Below are positions 47,740 to 59,593 of a stretch of 64,000 bases of DNA, piece by piece. The stretch spans positions 4,314,785-4,378,784 of the forward strand of contig OY759316.1 of NCBI GenBank assembly GCA_963662275.1, written 5' to 3'. The notes under the pieces are model-generated. The model made no database searches, was not told the origin of the DNA, and saw only the letters and a list, made by a program, of their open reading frames with translations. The translations under genes were made by a program, and so were the position numbers. Position 1 is the stretch's first letter; each line of letters opens with the position of its first letter. Source of the DNA: Candidatus Cloacimonadales bacterium. Lineage in GTDB: Bacteria; Cloacimonadota; Cloacimonadia; Cloacimonadales; DAONDQ01.

Positions 47740-49600
47740 GAGACTGTTCATGAAGTTATTCATAATATTCAATAAGTTAGAAAGTAGCAAGTTGAAAAAA
47801 GTGGTCGAAACGGTCATAATTTAACATACCTTCCAGAATTGACAGATAAGCTCTGCTAAGGACACCAAATCACAAGTTAAGCTTTTTGACTAAAATTGAA
47901 AAACACGCGATTATAAGTAATGTTTCGAAGCCGTTTCTGACTAAATGTGTAGTTAAAATCATATAAAATAGTTCTTTACAAGTTTTTTGCTATAGCTTCA
48001 ATGGCATTTGTTACCTGGTAACAAAAGGGAGGATATTATGACAAAAAAACACTCCAATTCAAGAAGCGGTAAGTGTTAGTCATGAAAGTAACCAATACCA
48101 TGTAAGTATTAACGTACCATTTTCATTCACTTTGCCTGAGACAACATCAAACCACAAGTTCTTAATAGCGTTTCTACGCTTATTAGTAGGAATAGGCGGA
48201 GACAACCTCCTTACACTTCAGCAAATAGCTGATCTGTTTAACTACGCAGACCGCAGGAATGTACATAATTTCTGGCAAGAGTTTGAGCAGCATGGTCATG
48301 ATATCCTGGCATATTTAAGCCGGAAAGTTGACCTGCTGGAGTGTATTCCTCAGATCGAGAATTTTGTTATCAATAACCTGCTTTTACCTTTAAATGTCAT
48401 GTATCAGGAGTTCATCAGCCATCATGATTTTAAAATGTCCTATACCACTTTCTGCAAATATGCTTCTCAGGTCAATTCTCTGTCTGTAGTTAAGCAAGCT
48501 CAGAAGCTTCTTCTGAAAAAGACAGTAGGCGGTGATGCTGTACATCTGCTGAAACTGCTTGCCGGTCAGCAGAATACACCTGTTATCTGTGACAGACTCC
48601 TGGAACAAATGAAGACTGCTAAAGGCAATACATCCCATAGAACCGCCGATGCAAAGCCGTTCCATAGTCTGGAACGCAAGAACCTGTGTCTGCTGGTACA
48701 TTACCTGGTTGGAAGCGGTATGAACTTCGAGACGATAGCTTTGCTGCTCAACACCTGTAAAGCTACAGTCTCAAATCTCTGGCATGAAATCGCTGACCTG
48801 CAGAGCCTGATTCTGAACTCAATCGGTAAGTGGAGCGGAAAGATCAGCATTGATGAGAAATATGTGAAGATCAAAGGTATTCCGTACTATGTCATCAGTA
48901 TTGTTGATTTTGTGACTCACATCCCTCTGTTTTGTGAGTTGTATCCTGACACAAAGAAAGAATCATTCGAAGCATGTTTCAGAACCTTCAGACAGCTCTA
49001 CAGGAAAGATCCAACCCTGATTGTCAGTGATGGCAGTAAATCGTTAGCAGTTGCAAGAAAAACAGTGTTTCCAAAAGTCCATTACCAACTCTGTAAGTTC
49101 CATAAGATACGAAATCTCTTCAAAAGAATCAGTCAATGTCATCTCCCTGAAGACAGGGACAAGTTCTTTAAGAAGAGGATTATGAAAGCTTTCCGAAGAG
49201 AAACGGCGGGCGGAAGGAAAAAGGGTATCGCAAGCCTGACAGCTATTACTCCCCCAACCGCCGCCGAATACATCAAAAGCAATATCATTAGTGATTGGAG
49301 ACACCTCAGCAAAGGTTTGACTTCCAATGTCTCTGAACGCTGGAACCGCAAAATCAAGAAGGTGACATCCGGTAGATTTGGACTAAAATCTGAAGAAACC
49401 ACCCGCAACCTTGTGTTTTCGCTTTGGTTCAAAGAACTGGTCGATAAAGGTCAACCAATCATGCGTCAGGAATCACTTTTAGCAAGTTTAAATATCTCCC
49501 GCATATGTCAAGAAAATGTGGATTGGTCGCACTTAGACCACTTTTTCTCTGTCACTACCAATAAGGCTGCGTAAAATGGAGGTTAATTTTGAACAGTCTC
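47740..49600 (+). mobile_element. Mutator-like IS, copy 2 (1861 bp)
   Basis: Same IRs; 8-bp TSD GCTTTTTT (47732-47739 and 49601-49608). Confidence 0.95.
48132..49574 (+). CDS. DDE transposase (protein identical to 8736-10178)
   Basis: Identical translation in the ORF track. Confidence 0.9.
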   Translation: MPETTSNHKFLIAFLRLLVGIGGDNLLTLQQIADLFNYADRRNVHNFWQEFEQHGHDILAYLSRKVDLLECIPQIENFVINNLLLPLNVMYQEFISHHDFKMSYTTFCKYASQVNSLSVVKQAQKLLLKKTVGGDAVHLLKLLAGQQNTPVICDRLLEQMKTAKGNTSHRTADAKPFHSLERKNLCLLVHYLVGSGMNFETIALLLNTCKATVSNLWHEIADLQSLILNSIGKWSGKISIDEKYVKIKGIPYYVISIVDFVTHIPLFCELYPDTKKESFEACFRTFRQLYRKDPTLIVSDGSKSLAVARKTVFPKVHYQLCKFHKIRNLFKRISQCHLPEDRDKFFKKRIMKAFRRETAGGRKKGIASLTAITPPTAAEYIKSNIISDWRHLSKGLTSNVSERWNRKIKKVTSGRFGLKSEETTRNLVFSLWFKELVDKGQPIMRQESLLASLNISRICQENVDWSHLDHFFSVTTNKAA

Positions 49601-49695
49601 GCTTTTTTAAAGAAATTGAAGTTTCATGTTTATCTTGACATCTTTTCTATTTTAATGACGTACATCAAATGAAATAATATTTAGGAGAGTGTCTT

Positions 49696-50316
49696 ATGAA
49701 TGTGCTCTTAATCAATGGCAGTCCGCATAAAGATGGCTGTGTCTTTACTGCTTTATCAGAGGTGGCAGGTCAATTGAACAAACAAGGGATTGAAACAAAA
49801 ATCTTTCATATAGGGAATAAGCCAATTCAAGGCTGTGTTGCCTGTTATCAATGTATAGAAACAGGATACTGTGTTTTCAAGGATGATCCGGTCAATGAAT
49901 GTGTGGATTTAGTTCATAAGGCAGATGGAATTGTCATAGGTTCTCCAGTTTATTATGCAGCACCGAATGGAGCATTATGTGCTTTCTTAGATCGGATGTT
50001 CTTCATGAAGGCTGGCAAATATGCATATAAACCCGCAGCAGCTATCGTTAATTGCCGTCGTGGCGGGGCGAGTGCTGCCTTTGATCGGCTGAATAAGTAC
50101 TTCACTATATCAAATATGCCCGTCGTTTCTTCCCAATATTGGAATGCCACTCATGGTATGACTCCTGAGGAAGTAAAACAGGATTTGGAAGGTATGCAAA
50201 TCATGAGAACATTAGGCAAGAATATGGCTTGGCTCCTCAAATGCATTGAAGCTGGAAAAAGTACAGTGCCTTATCCTGAGAAGGAACCGAGACAGAGTAC
50301 TAATTTCATCAGATAA
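49696..50316 (+). CDS. Flavodoxin-family / iron-sulfur flavoprotein
   Basis: INGSPH, CVACYQC....C, GSPVYYA, RRGG. Confidence 0.85.
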   Translation: MNVLLINGSPHKDGCVFTALSEVAGQLNKQGIETKIFHIGNKPIQGCVACYQCIETGYCVFKDDPVNECVDLVHKADGIVIGSPVYYAAPNGALCAFLDRMFFMKAGKYAYKPAAAIVNCRRGGASAAFDRLNKYFTISNMPVVSSQYWNATHGMTPEEVKQDLEGMQIMRTLGKNMAWLLKCIEAGKSTVPYPEKEPRQSTNFIR

Positions 50317-50320
50317 TGAC

Positions 50321-51013
50321 ATGTTTTCCCAGATCAAGGATATCCTACGCCCTTTCTACTACCTGTTTCAGAGCAAACACGGAGCAGAATTGCGTTATTG
50401 GAAAAGATGTTTTCGTCGCGAAGGTGGAACTTTTTCACACGGCAGATATAAAACATTGATGTTAGGCATGGCAGGAGAAGCAGATGATTGCTTTCTCCAG
50501 GATAAGACTGTTGCTGATTTCGGATGCGGACCAAGGGGAAGCCTTATGTGGGCGCACAAGGCGAAAGAACGCATTGGAATTGATGTCCTAGCCTCGATAT
50601 ACTGCAAACACTTTGCTCAGGAACTTTCCTCTCATAAGATGAACTATATCACTTGTACAGAAGTGAACATCCCTTTAGCTGATGATTCAATAGATGTCCT
50701 TTTTACGCTAAATGCCCTCGATCACGTTGAAAACTTGGAGGCAATGTGCCAGGAATTGAGACGAATTATCAAACCGGGAGGCTTGCTGATTGGGAGTTTT
50801 AATTTGAATCACAGACCGACCAAGGCAGAGCCACAGGTATTAACAGAAGATAAGCTCAGATCTCTTCTATTCAAAGATTTTGATATACTCACCTGGAAAT
50901 GTACTCTACATGATAACTCTCAGCATATCTATCAGCCTCTATTGGAAGATAAACCTATACCATCAGGTGATAAGCCCGCTATTCTCTGGAGTAAAGGGAG
51001 GAAGAAGCTTTAG
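50321..51013 (+). CDS. Class I SAM-dependent methyltransferase
   Basis: ADFGCGPRG, IGID, NALDHV, RIIKPGG; the ORF-track start (50246) overlaps the upstream gene, so 50321 is preferred. Confidence 0.8.
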   Translation: MFSQIKDILRPFYYLFQSKHGAELRYWKRCFRREGGTFSHGRYKTLMLGMAGEADDCFLQDKTVADFGCGPRGSLMWAHKAKERIGIDVLASIYCKHFAQELSSHKMNYITCTEVNIPLADDSIDVLFTLNALDHVENLEAMCQELRRIIKPGGLLIGSFNLNHRPTKAEPQVLTEDKLRSLLFKDFDILTWKCTLHDNSQHIYQPLLEDKPIPSGDKPAILWSKGRKKL

Positions 51014-51243
51014 ACCCCCCTACCCCCCTTCTCAAGGGGGGATTTCTTTTTTTCCCCCTTCTCAAGGGGGGATTTCTTTTTTTTCCCCTTCCCAAGGGAG
51101 GATTTCTTTTTTTCCCCCTTCCCAAGGGGGGATTTCTTTCTCTAGCACCTAGTACCTAAAACCTAGAACCTTCTGCAATGCAAATCCCCCCTTGAGAAGT
51201 GGGGATTGTTTATCCCCCCTTGAGAAGGGGGGTAGGGGGGTCT
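51012..51243. repeat. CCCCCTT-NNN-AAGGGGG palindromic repeat cluster
   Basis: Four 30-bp tandem units (about 51023-51138) plus two inverted copies; perfect 32-bp outer inverted repeat 51012-51043 / 51212-51243. Confidence 0.85.
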
Positions 51244-51304
51244 CTTCCGTTTCATCATGTGCTTATTAGCTTTAAAAAAGCGAAATTGAAATGAATAGCA
51301 ATAG

Positions 51305-51336
51305 AAAAAAGCCTGCTTCATAACAAAGCAGGCTTT
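51305..51336 (-). terminator. Rho-independent terminator for the 51354-52763 gene
   Basis: AAAGCCTGCTT...AAGCAGGCTTT with an A-run on the plus strand. Confidence 0.7.
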
Positions 51337-51353
51337 CATTGAATAATAGTAAT

Positions 51354-52763
51354 TTATTTAATCAATACCAGTTTCTTGGTTACTGAGTTCGTTTGATTTT
51401 TTAACTGATAGAAATAAACGCCCGCAGCACAAGGAATATTGTTTTCATCATTACTATTCCAATTGATTGTGTGCATTCCGTTTTGTAAATTATGATAACT
51501 CTTCACTATCTGACCTCTGACATTATAAATAATCAGATCGGATTTTACATTACTTTTTATCACATATTCAATTTGAGTTTGAGAGTTAGCATTGAAAGGA
51601 TTAGGATAGGCAGAATGTAAAATGATATCAGACTGCATTGCCGGAATACTGATATCATGGTTGGCTACACCCACTGTTCGCAAGAATGGATAAGACCCAT
51701 TTTCGGTGATATTCCAGATGTTGGTGAAATCCCAGTTTAAGAAGGTTGCTTGCTGTTTCATTTCTGTTGTTGTCTTTCCTGCAGCATATGCACCTGGTTC
51801 ACCGAAGGAACTGGTTTGATCTGAAGTTGTCACATCCCAGTAATTGCTTGTCATCTCATGCTCTGAACCTGTGACGACATAACCGATAAAGCCTCTATCT
51901 GTTGGATCGTCCATTCCCAAATAATGAACGCTGCCAGTAGAATAGCAATTAATAATGCGTCCATTATACATGTAAGCTGCAAATCCACCATACCACAAAT
52001 CTGTACTGGAACTGTCTCGTGTGACATTCCCAGTTGCATAACAATTTTTAATCAAAGAATCGGTGTTATGTCCAACAAAGCCACCCGCTTTTGAATGAGA
52101 CCTAATGTTTCCAGTTGCATAGCAGTTTTGTATTGAAGAATTAGTATTTGAATATCCGACAAGACCGGCAACAAGATGGTCACCTCTTACATTACCGGTG
52201 GCGTAGCAGTTTGTTACAGTAGATCCATAGACTTCACCTATCAATCCACCGACGTTATTATATGTTCCAAGAACATTGGCAGTTGAATAGCAATTTTCTA
52301 CCACTGAAGTATCATAGATCACCCCAGCTAAACCGCCAACATCTGAATCACCAATCATTGTTCCACCGATGATACCGAGGTTTTTGATTGTTCCCCAGGA
52401 TGCTGATCCAATAAACGACTGTTTATCTGTATCTGGGCGATTTGCAGTTAATCCTGTAATCGTGTGATTCCCCCCATCATATGTGCCTCTAAAGTCATCT
52501 ATGGGCAGCCAACCTTCATGAATTGTTACATCTGTATCAACATCATTCCAGTTTGCTGTTTCTGAAGCATTGATATTGGCAGTTTGAATGAAATGCTGAT
52601 TCCAACTACTTTCAGTGGTTGTAATCCAGTACAGGTTTTCTAACGAACTGATTTGATAAGGATTGCCTTCTGTACCATCACCGGCTGATGGTGGAGTAGC
52701 AATTTGTCCAAATAAACATACAACAAACACAAAAGTCAAAATGATAAACAAAGCTTTTTTCAT
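51354..52763 (-). CDS. Secreted GLUG-repeat protein with CTD
   Basis: GDGTEGNPYQI, repeated VGGL.G...NCYATGNV; AYPNPFN...YNVRGQIVK. Confidence 0.8.
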   Translation of the reverse strand: MKKALFIILTFVFVVCLFGQIATPPSAGDGTEGNPYQISSLENLYWITTTESSWNQHFIQTANINASETANWNDVDTDVTIHEGWLPIDDFRGTYDGGNHTITGLTANRPDTDKQSFIGSASWGTIKNLGIIGGTMIGDSDVGGLAGVIYDTSVVENCYSTANVLGTYNNVGGLIGEVYGSTVTNCYATGNVRGDHLVAGLVGYSNTNSSIQNCYATGNIRSHSKAGGFVGHNTDSLIKNCYATGNVTRDSSSTDLWYGGFAAYMYNGRIINCYSTGSVHYLGMDDPTDRGFIGYVVTGSEHEMTSNYWDVTTSDQTSSFGEPGAYAAGKTTTEMKQQATFLNWDFTNIWNITENGSYPFLRTVGVANHDISIPAMQSDIILHSAYPNPFNANSQTQIEYVIKSNVKSDLIIYNVRGQIVKSYHNLQNGMHTINWNSNDENNIPCAAGVYFYQLKNQTNSVTKKLVLIK

Positions 52764-53031
52764 TCGTCCTCCCTTTTATATATCGGTAATTCTCTAATTG
52801 ATTAGGTATAAATACAATTATGGAAGTACTAGTCAAGAAATATTATATAGATTTCATAAATGGTTAAATTTAATAATAGATTACTGATAAAATTGCTCCA
52901 TAAATGTTTAACCAACATATTTTGGAGAAGAATTACCTTCCTAGGTTATTTATTTCTTACGTAATTCAGAAAATTCTTGTCAAATTTGTCTTCATTATAA
53001 CAATATAAATTGTGAATTTTGAGGAGGCTTT

Positions 53032-53757
53032 GTGTTCAGAACAGTACTCGGTTTTTTAGCGTTTTGGATAATCCTGATCATTTCTTTGGTGCTATTTATA
53101 CCTTACGGATTTATGTTAATTTTTCATCTGCATAAAATCAGGAATTCATATACAGATGTTCTGTTACGCTGTTGGGGTATCGTTATTTTAACCTTAGGCG
53201 GCATTAAATTGACTGTTATTGGCAGGGATAAAATACCAAAACAACGGAATCTTGTGTTTATCAGCAATCACCAGGGAATGTTTGATATTCCTGTTCTGAT
53301 AGCAGGTGTATCCCATTGTGTAGGCTTTATTGCAAAAAAGCAGTTATTATATACTCCAATCATCAGTTTTTGGATGATGGCAATTCATTGTGTATTTCTT
53401 GATAGAAGAAATATACATGCGGCTGCCAAAGTGATTGAGAAAGGAGCTGAGAATATTAGGAAAGGCTATCCTATGGCTATTTTTCCTGAAGGTACACGCA
53501 GTAGAGGCAAAGGAATGGGTCCTTTCAAAAAGGGTAGTTTGAAACTTGCCTTGCTTGCAGAAGCGACAATAATACCTGTTACTATTCGTGGCACCTATGA
53601 GATTTTCGAACGTCAGAAGTATGTAACTGCTGGAAAAGTTTCCATCGAATTTCATGATCCTATAGTTTTAAAAACAATTAATGATGAAGAGAAAAAGGAT
53701 TTGATGGATAAGATAAGGGAGAGCGTAGCAAGCGGACTGACAGAGCGCAAGAATTGA
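53032..53757 (+). CDS. plsC: 1-acyl-sn-glycerol-3-phosphate acyltransferase
   Basis: NHQGMFD (HX4D), FPEGTRS, FKKG. Confidence 0.88.
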   Translation: MFRTVLGFLAFWIILIISLVLFIPYGFMLIFHLHKIRNSYTDVLLRCWGIVILTLGGIKLTVIGRDKIPKQRNLVFISNHQGMFDIPVLIAGVSHCVGFIAKKQLLYTPIISFWMMAIHCVFLDRRNIHAAAKVIEKGAENIRKGYPMAIFPEGTRSRGKGMGPFKKGSLKLALLAEATIIPVTIRGTYEIFERQKYVTAGKVSIEFHDPIVLKTINDEEKKDLMDKIRESVASGLTERKN

Positions 53758-53849
53758 AAAACACAGGATGAATAACATTTTAATCGGGAACAAGTATTAC
53801 ATGTAAATTAGCAATTGGGTTCTTTCATTCCCATAACCAGGAGGAAATC

Positions 53850-55112
53850 ATGAAACGACAATGTATTTTCTTTACTCTGATATTGATTCCCTTGTTTTTG
53901 ATAGCATTACCTCATACAGTACCTTCGACCTCAAATACCAGGATGAGTACAAAGCGCGACGGAGTCCGTTCCTGGCAATTAATGATGCTATATAATCAAG
54001 CGATGTTTGGACGTTTGTGGAATTATTATTATTATCCTCCGATCAATACAATTTATCCGGATAGTGTTATTTCATATCCATTTAATACCTGGGGTCCTTA
54101 CTATTCCACAGTTTTCACTTATGATGCTAATCATGAATATGTCCAGGAAGTAATATGTAATTATGTGATACCGGGACAATCAATTGAACCGAAGTTTCAA
54201 ATGAGCTTAATATATAATGATGACCATCATTTAACGGACTATACTTTCAGAACATTCAATACCGGTATGATGCAATTTCTAGTTACCGAAGAATGGCATT
54301 ACTTTTATTCAGGTCAGATTTTAACATCATATTTATATATTACATATAATCCGAATCCAAACTACTACAAGGGTACTTATCAGTACGATGATTTGGGAAG
54401 AGAAACTGATGAAACGACCCAATGGTCATCAGATTCTACGAATTGGCATGATGATACAGCCATTCATACAACGTATCATCAAAGCGATACAACAACTGCA
54501 GATATGTTCGCTGATGATTTAGCTCATGGGAAGACTTTCTCCCTCATTTTCCATACTCCAATATCTAACGCCAAATACCTTGAAATCCGTGAAACAAGCA
54601 TAGACATATATGATTATAGGTTGTATTGGCATTCAATTTATTCATATGATACGCAAAATCGAATTTCGCTGAACAATGAAGAGGCATGGAATCTTTCAGA
54701 GATGTCCTGGGATTTGCATCTCTCTCGTATATATTACTACGATGACAGCAATAATGTACAACAAGTGTACAATCAGAATTTTACTATGCCTAATGTTGAT
54801 TGGTCTGAATATTATTTGTGGGAGTTAAGCACAGATAATGAAGATCCATCTGTTCCAACTCCTTCCACACTTGTTATCACTGCATATCCAAATCCCTTTC
54901 AGCAAAATGTCGGATTAAATATATCCAGTAAATCGAATCAACCGATAAAAGTGGATATCTTCAACCTGAAAGGTCAGCTTGTATATTCAGCTACTGCTCA
55001 ATCCAATACTAATCTGATTTGGAATGCTGAGAAAGCTTCATCCGGTATGTATATCATAAGAGCTATGCAGGGAACACAGACACAGACCAGGAAAATTATT
55101 CGTGTGAAGTAA
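53850..55112 (+). CDS. Secreted Tyr-rich repeat protein with CTD
   Basis: Signal; YDDLGR/YDTQNR repeats; AYPNPF...FNLKGQLV...SSGMYII. Confidence 0.7.
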   Translation: MKRQCIFFTLILIPLFLIALPHTVPSTSNTRMSTKRDGVRSWQLMMLYNQAMFGRLWNYYYYPPINTIYPDSVISYPFNTWGPYYSTVFTYDANHEYVQEVICNYVIPGQSIEPKFQMSLIYNDDHHLTDYTFRTFNTGMMQFLVTEEWHYFYSGQILTSYLYITYNPNPNYYKGTYQYDDLGRETDETTQWSSDSTNWHDDTAIHTTYHQSDTTTADMFADDLAHGKTFSLIFHTPISNAKYLEIRETSIDIYDYRLYWHSIYSYDTQNRISLNNEEAWNLSEMSWDLHLSRIYYYDDSNNVQQVYNQNFTMPNVDWSEYYLWELSTDNEDPSVPTPSTLVITAYPNPFQQNVGLNISSKSNQPIKVDIFNLKGQLVYSATAQSNTNLIWNAEKASSGMYIIRAMQGTQTQTRKIIRVK

Positions 55113-55134
55113 GTTGTCACTGAATGCTTTTAAT

Positions 55135-55207
55135 ACCTAGCACCTATCACCTAGCACCTAACACCTAGCACCTAGAACCTAGAACCTAACACCTAGCACC
55201 TAGAACC
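55135..55207. repeat. Heptamer tandem repeat (CACCTAG-like, about 10 units) between convergent genes
   Basis: ACCTAGC/ACCTATC/ACCTAAC/ACCTAGA units; a related array lies at about 51142-51170. Confidence 0.8.
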
Positions 55208-55212
55208 TTTCT

Positions 55213-57349
<2,137 letters not shown>

Positions 57350-58831
57350 TTAAGGAAGAATCAGAAATTTCCTAATGCTCTTTCCGGTTTCGTTGATCGA
57401 TTGGCAAAGATAAATACCTGGAGATACGAATTTATCTGATTCATCCTTCCCGTTCCAGGATTGGTGAATGGTTCCAGTATTACTGCTGGCTGAAACCAGG
57501 TGTTTTACTTTCTGCCCTTTCAGGTTGTAGATTGTAATTTCACTTTGCTTATTTGCTTTATTCTCGATCGTAATATTCAAAGAGGCATTGGTTCTCAGAT
57601 AGAAGGGATTTGGGGAAATTTGCAGCAATGCCGGTGCTGGAGCAGTAACATCCTGGTTTGCCGTGAGGGAAATAGGGGCAGTCACAAAAGTATTATTATT
57701 ATCGCTGAAACGAAGTGTCCCGGTTGACCATCCTGTTGCGGGAACGTTGCACGTAAATTCCACCGGTGAAGTAAAAACAGGCAGCAGTGTTGTCATGGGA
57801 ATCGTTTCATTATTATCCAATACAACTTCAGCAGTTAATGGAAAATCTGTGTCTTCATCTGTATATGTAACAGTTAGAAGACGTTGATTCACGCCAGGTA
57901 CTAAGATGATATTCGATAATACTGGTGGATGATTTGTATATGTTGAAACAAAATAATCTTCAAATGATAGGGTTGAAAAAGGACCCCAATCCGCAATTGT
58001 TGGCAGAAGACTGGTATCTGCAAGTGCAATTTGGATGATTGCAGCATCAAAAGCTAAGATATGAGTTGTATTAGGCCAGCTACCAAAAGCAGCATCTGCG
58101 GTCAAATCACTGATGTTACATGACATGAACAGTTTGCCGTTGCTTACCTGGGCTTGGGCATTTCCAATACGTTCGAAAATGAAATCAGTTAATGATAGTT
58201 TAACTTTGTAAATTCCCTGTGAATACATAAATGGAATATTAACATAAACCATCGCATAAAGTGATGAATCAGCTAATACAGATTCCGGATTGATTAAGCC
58301 GCAAATATAGACATTAAACCCTGTGAAACCGGCTAATGCAGGGAAAGTTCCGGATACATTCTGGATTGCTGTGTAGAATTTTGTATCGGAGTATCCGAAA
58401 TAGGTTCCAGTAATATCAACATTGTTATCATTCAATACACTGCTGTCACCTGTAGGATCTGGACCGATGAATGACATGGCACCAATGGCTGGCGGGAAGG
58501 TTGTGGTTGTAATTTTAGAAGGTGTTAACCAAACCAGGCTGTCCCGACGCGCTTTGATAAGGTAATGGAAATCCTGTCCGATCGAATAAGGAACTGTTGC
58601 ACCATAGGTTACGTTCTCAATATTTGTCATAGGTATTTCAGTCCAATTTCCTCCGCTTTTGTATGAAAAAAGCAATTCACTGAATAAGGCAACTGCGCTT
58701 TCGCACCGGAAGTCCATCGTGTTCTGGGAAGTATATGAGCTGTGCCTGATATTAGTCCAAGGCACATAATCCTGGGAAAATAAACCCATTGATAAAGTAA
58801 CTAAAATGAAAAATAGCCATACTCGGTTCAT
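57350..58831 (-). CDS. Secreted protein with FlgD/Por-type CTD
   Basis: Signal; ISPNPF...YNLKGQKVK...WNGKD...PGIYL. Confidence 0.72.
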   Translation of the reverse strand: MNRVWLFFILVTLSMGLFSQDYVPWTNIRHSSYTSQNTMDFRCESAVALFSELLFSYKSGGNWTEIPMTNIENVTYGATVPYSIGQDFHYLIKARRDSLVWLTPSKITTTTFPPAIGAMSFIGPDPTGDSSVLNDNNVDITGTYFGYSDTKFYTAIQNVSGTFPALAGFTGFNVYICGLINPESVLADSSLYAMVYVNIPFMYSQGIYKVKLSLTDFIFERIGNAQAQVSNGKLFMSCNISDLTADAAFGSWPNTTHILAFDAAIIQIALADTSLLPTIADWGPFSTLSFEDYFVSTYTNHPPVLSNIILVPGVNQRLLTVTYTDEDTDFPLTAEVVLDNNETIPMTTLLPVFTSPVEFTCNVPATGWSTGTLRFSDNNNTFVTAPISLTANQDVTAPAPALLQISPNPFYLRTNASLNITIENKANKQSEITIYNLKGQKVKHLVSASSNTGTIHQSWNGKDESDKFVSPGIYLCQSINETGKSIRKFLILP

Positions 58832-59018
58832 GTTATGCCTCCTGGTTTAAATCTTCTTATGGAATCTTACTTTATGTTTCAGTTTCTAATTCAGCAGGAT
58901 AGATTTCCTACTCTACTTGTAAGCATCCTAACTACAATAAACTAAGTGGATAAGAAAATAGCAAGTGAAATCTCAGATATTCACTTTTTCTCAGAGATAA
59001 TATACTGAAAAGAAAGAA

Positions 59019-59048
59019 AAAACCATTCCTCAAAATTGAGAAATGGTT
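59019..59048 (-). terminator. Terminator downstream of tRNA-Ala
   Basis: Imperfect AACCATT-CTCAA/TTGAG-AATGGTT stem with an A-run on the plus strand. Confidence 0.55.
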
Positions 59049-59055
59049 CAAATTT

Positions 59056-59131
59056 TGGTGGAGCTTAGGGGATTCGAACCCCTGGCCTATTGATTGCGAA
59101 CCAATCGCTCTACCAACTGAGCTAAAGCCCC
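59056..59131 (-). tRNA. tRNA-Ala (anticodon CGC)
   Basis: GGGGCTTTAGCTCAGTTGGTAGAGCG-ATTGG TT CGC AA TCAAT-AGGCCAGGGGTTCGAATCCCCT-AAGCTCCACCA; G3:U70 alanine identity pair; encoded CCA. Confidence 0.95.
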
Positions 59132-59212
59132 TTGTACAACATTCAGCACACCTTTTGCCTGTTAGGCTCATCAGTCAAGAAAAACCAGAAGTAAATTACT
59201 AATCTTTTCTCT

Positions 59213-59286
59213 GTAGAGACGTCCAATTCGGGCGTCTCATTCCCCAGATATCGGATAAAAAGATGAGACGCCCGAGTCGTCTCTAC
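59213..59286. repeat. REPIN of a different GTAG-REP family (GTAGAGACG...CGTCTC)
   Basis: 59213-59240 and inverted 59263-59286. Confidence 0.75.
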
Positions 59287-59302
59287 CTCTGAAAAGCCTG
59301 AT

Positions 59303-59491
59303 AGTAACCTGAAGGATACTGCTACCGGTTGGTAGTCACTGTCTTTAGTTTGTGCTATTTTCAGTAACCTGAAGGATACTGCTACCGGTTGGTAGTCACT
59401 GTCTTTAGCTTGTGCTATTTTCAGTAGCGTGAAGGATACTGCTACCGGTTGGTAGTCACTGTCTTTAGCTTGTGCTATTTTCAGTAACCTG
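59303..59491. repeat. 60-bp tandem repeat x3 with CTACC-GGTT-GGTAG palindrome
   Basis: Near-identical units starting at 59303, 59363 and 59423; no unique spacers. Confidence 0.9.
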
Positions 59492-59580
59492 TAAAGTCCA
59501 TTTTCCCTTGTAGCCAGGTGGTAATTGATAGTTTTGCTTGGAAATTTGAACTCCAAACTCTTAGGTTTCATATAAAGTCT
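59491..59580. repeat. Modular dispersed repeat family, locus 3
   Basis: Closely matches about 15990-16075. Confidence 0.75.
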
Positions 59581-59593
59581 CGGTCGCTTATCC

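Noticed and set aside
8344..49600. Composite transposon formed by IS copies 1 and 2
   Set aside because: Each copy has its own matching 8-bp TSD, so they are independent insertions, and the interval holds housekeeping genes.
59056..59131. tRNA as integration site of an island
   Set aside because: No integrase and no duplicated tRNA 3' end found in the window.
58932..59171. 79-aa ORF and the many short antisense ORFs in the track
   Set aside because: They overlap the tRNA or well-supported genes and lack RBS or motif support.
59303..59491. Possible CRISPR array (60-bp periodicity)
   Set aside because: Units are near-identical over their whole length with no unique spacers, and no cas genes are in the window.
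59143..59571. 142-aa ORF with 20-aa repeats (also ORFs 15838-16053, 50880-51152, 38593-38944)
   Set aside because: These ORFs arise from non-coding repeat arrays and show no protein-family features.
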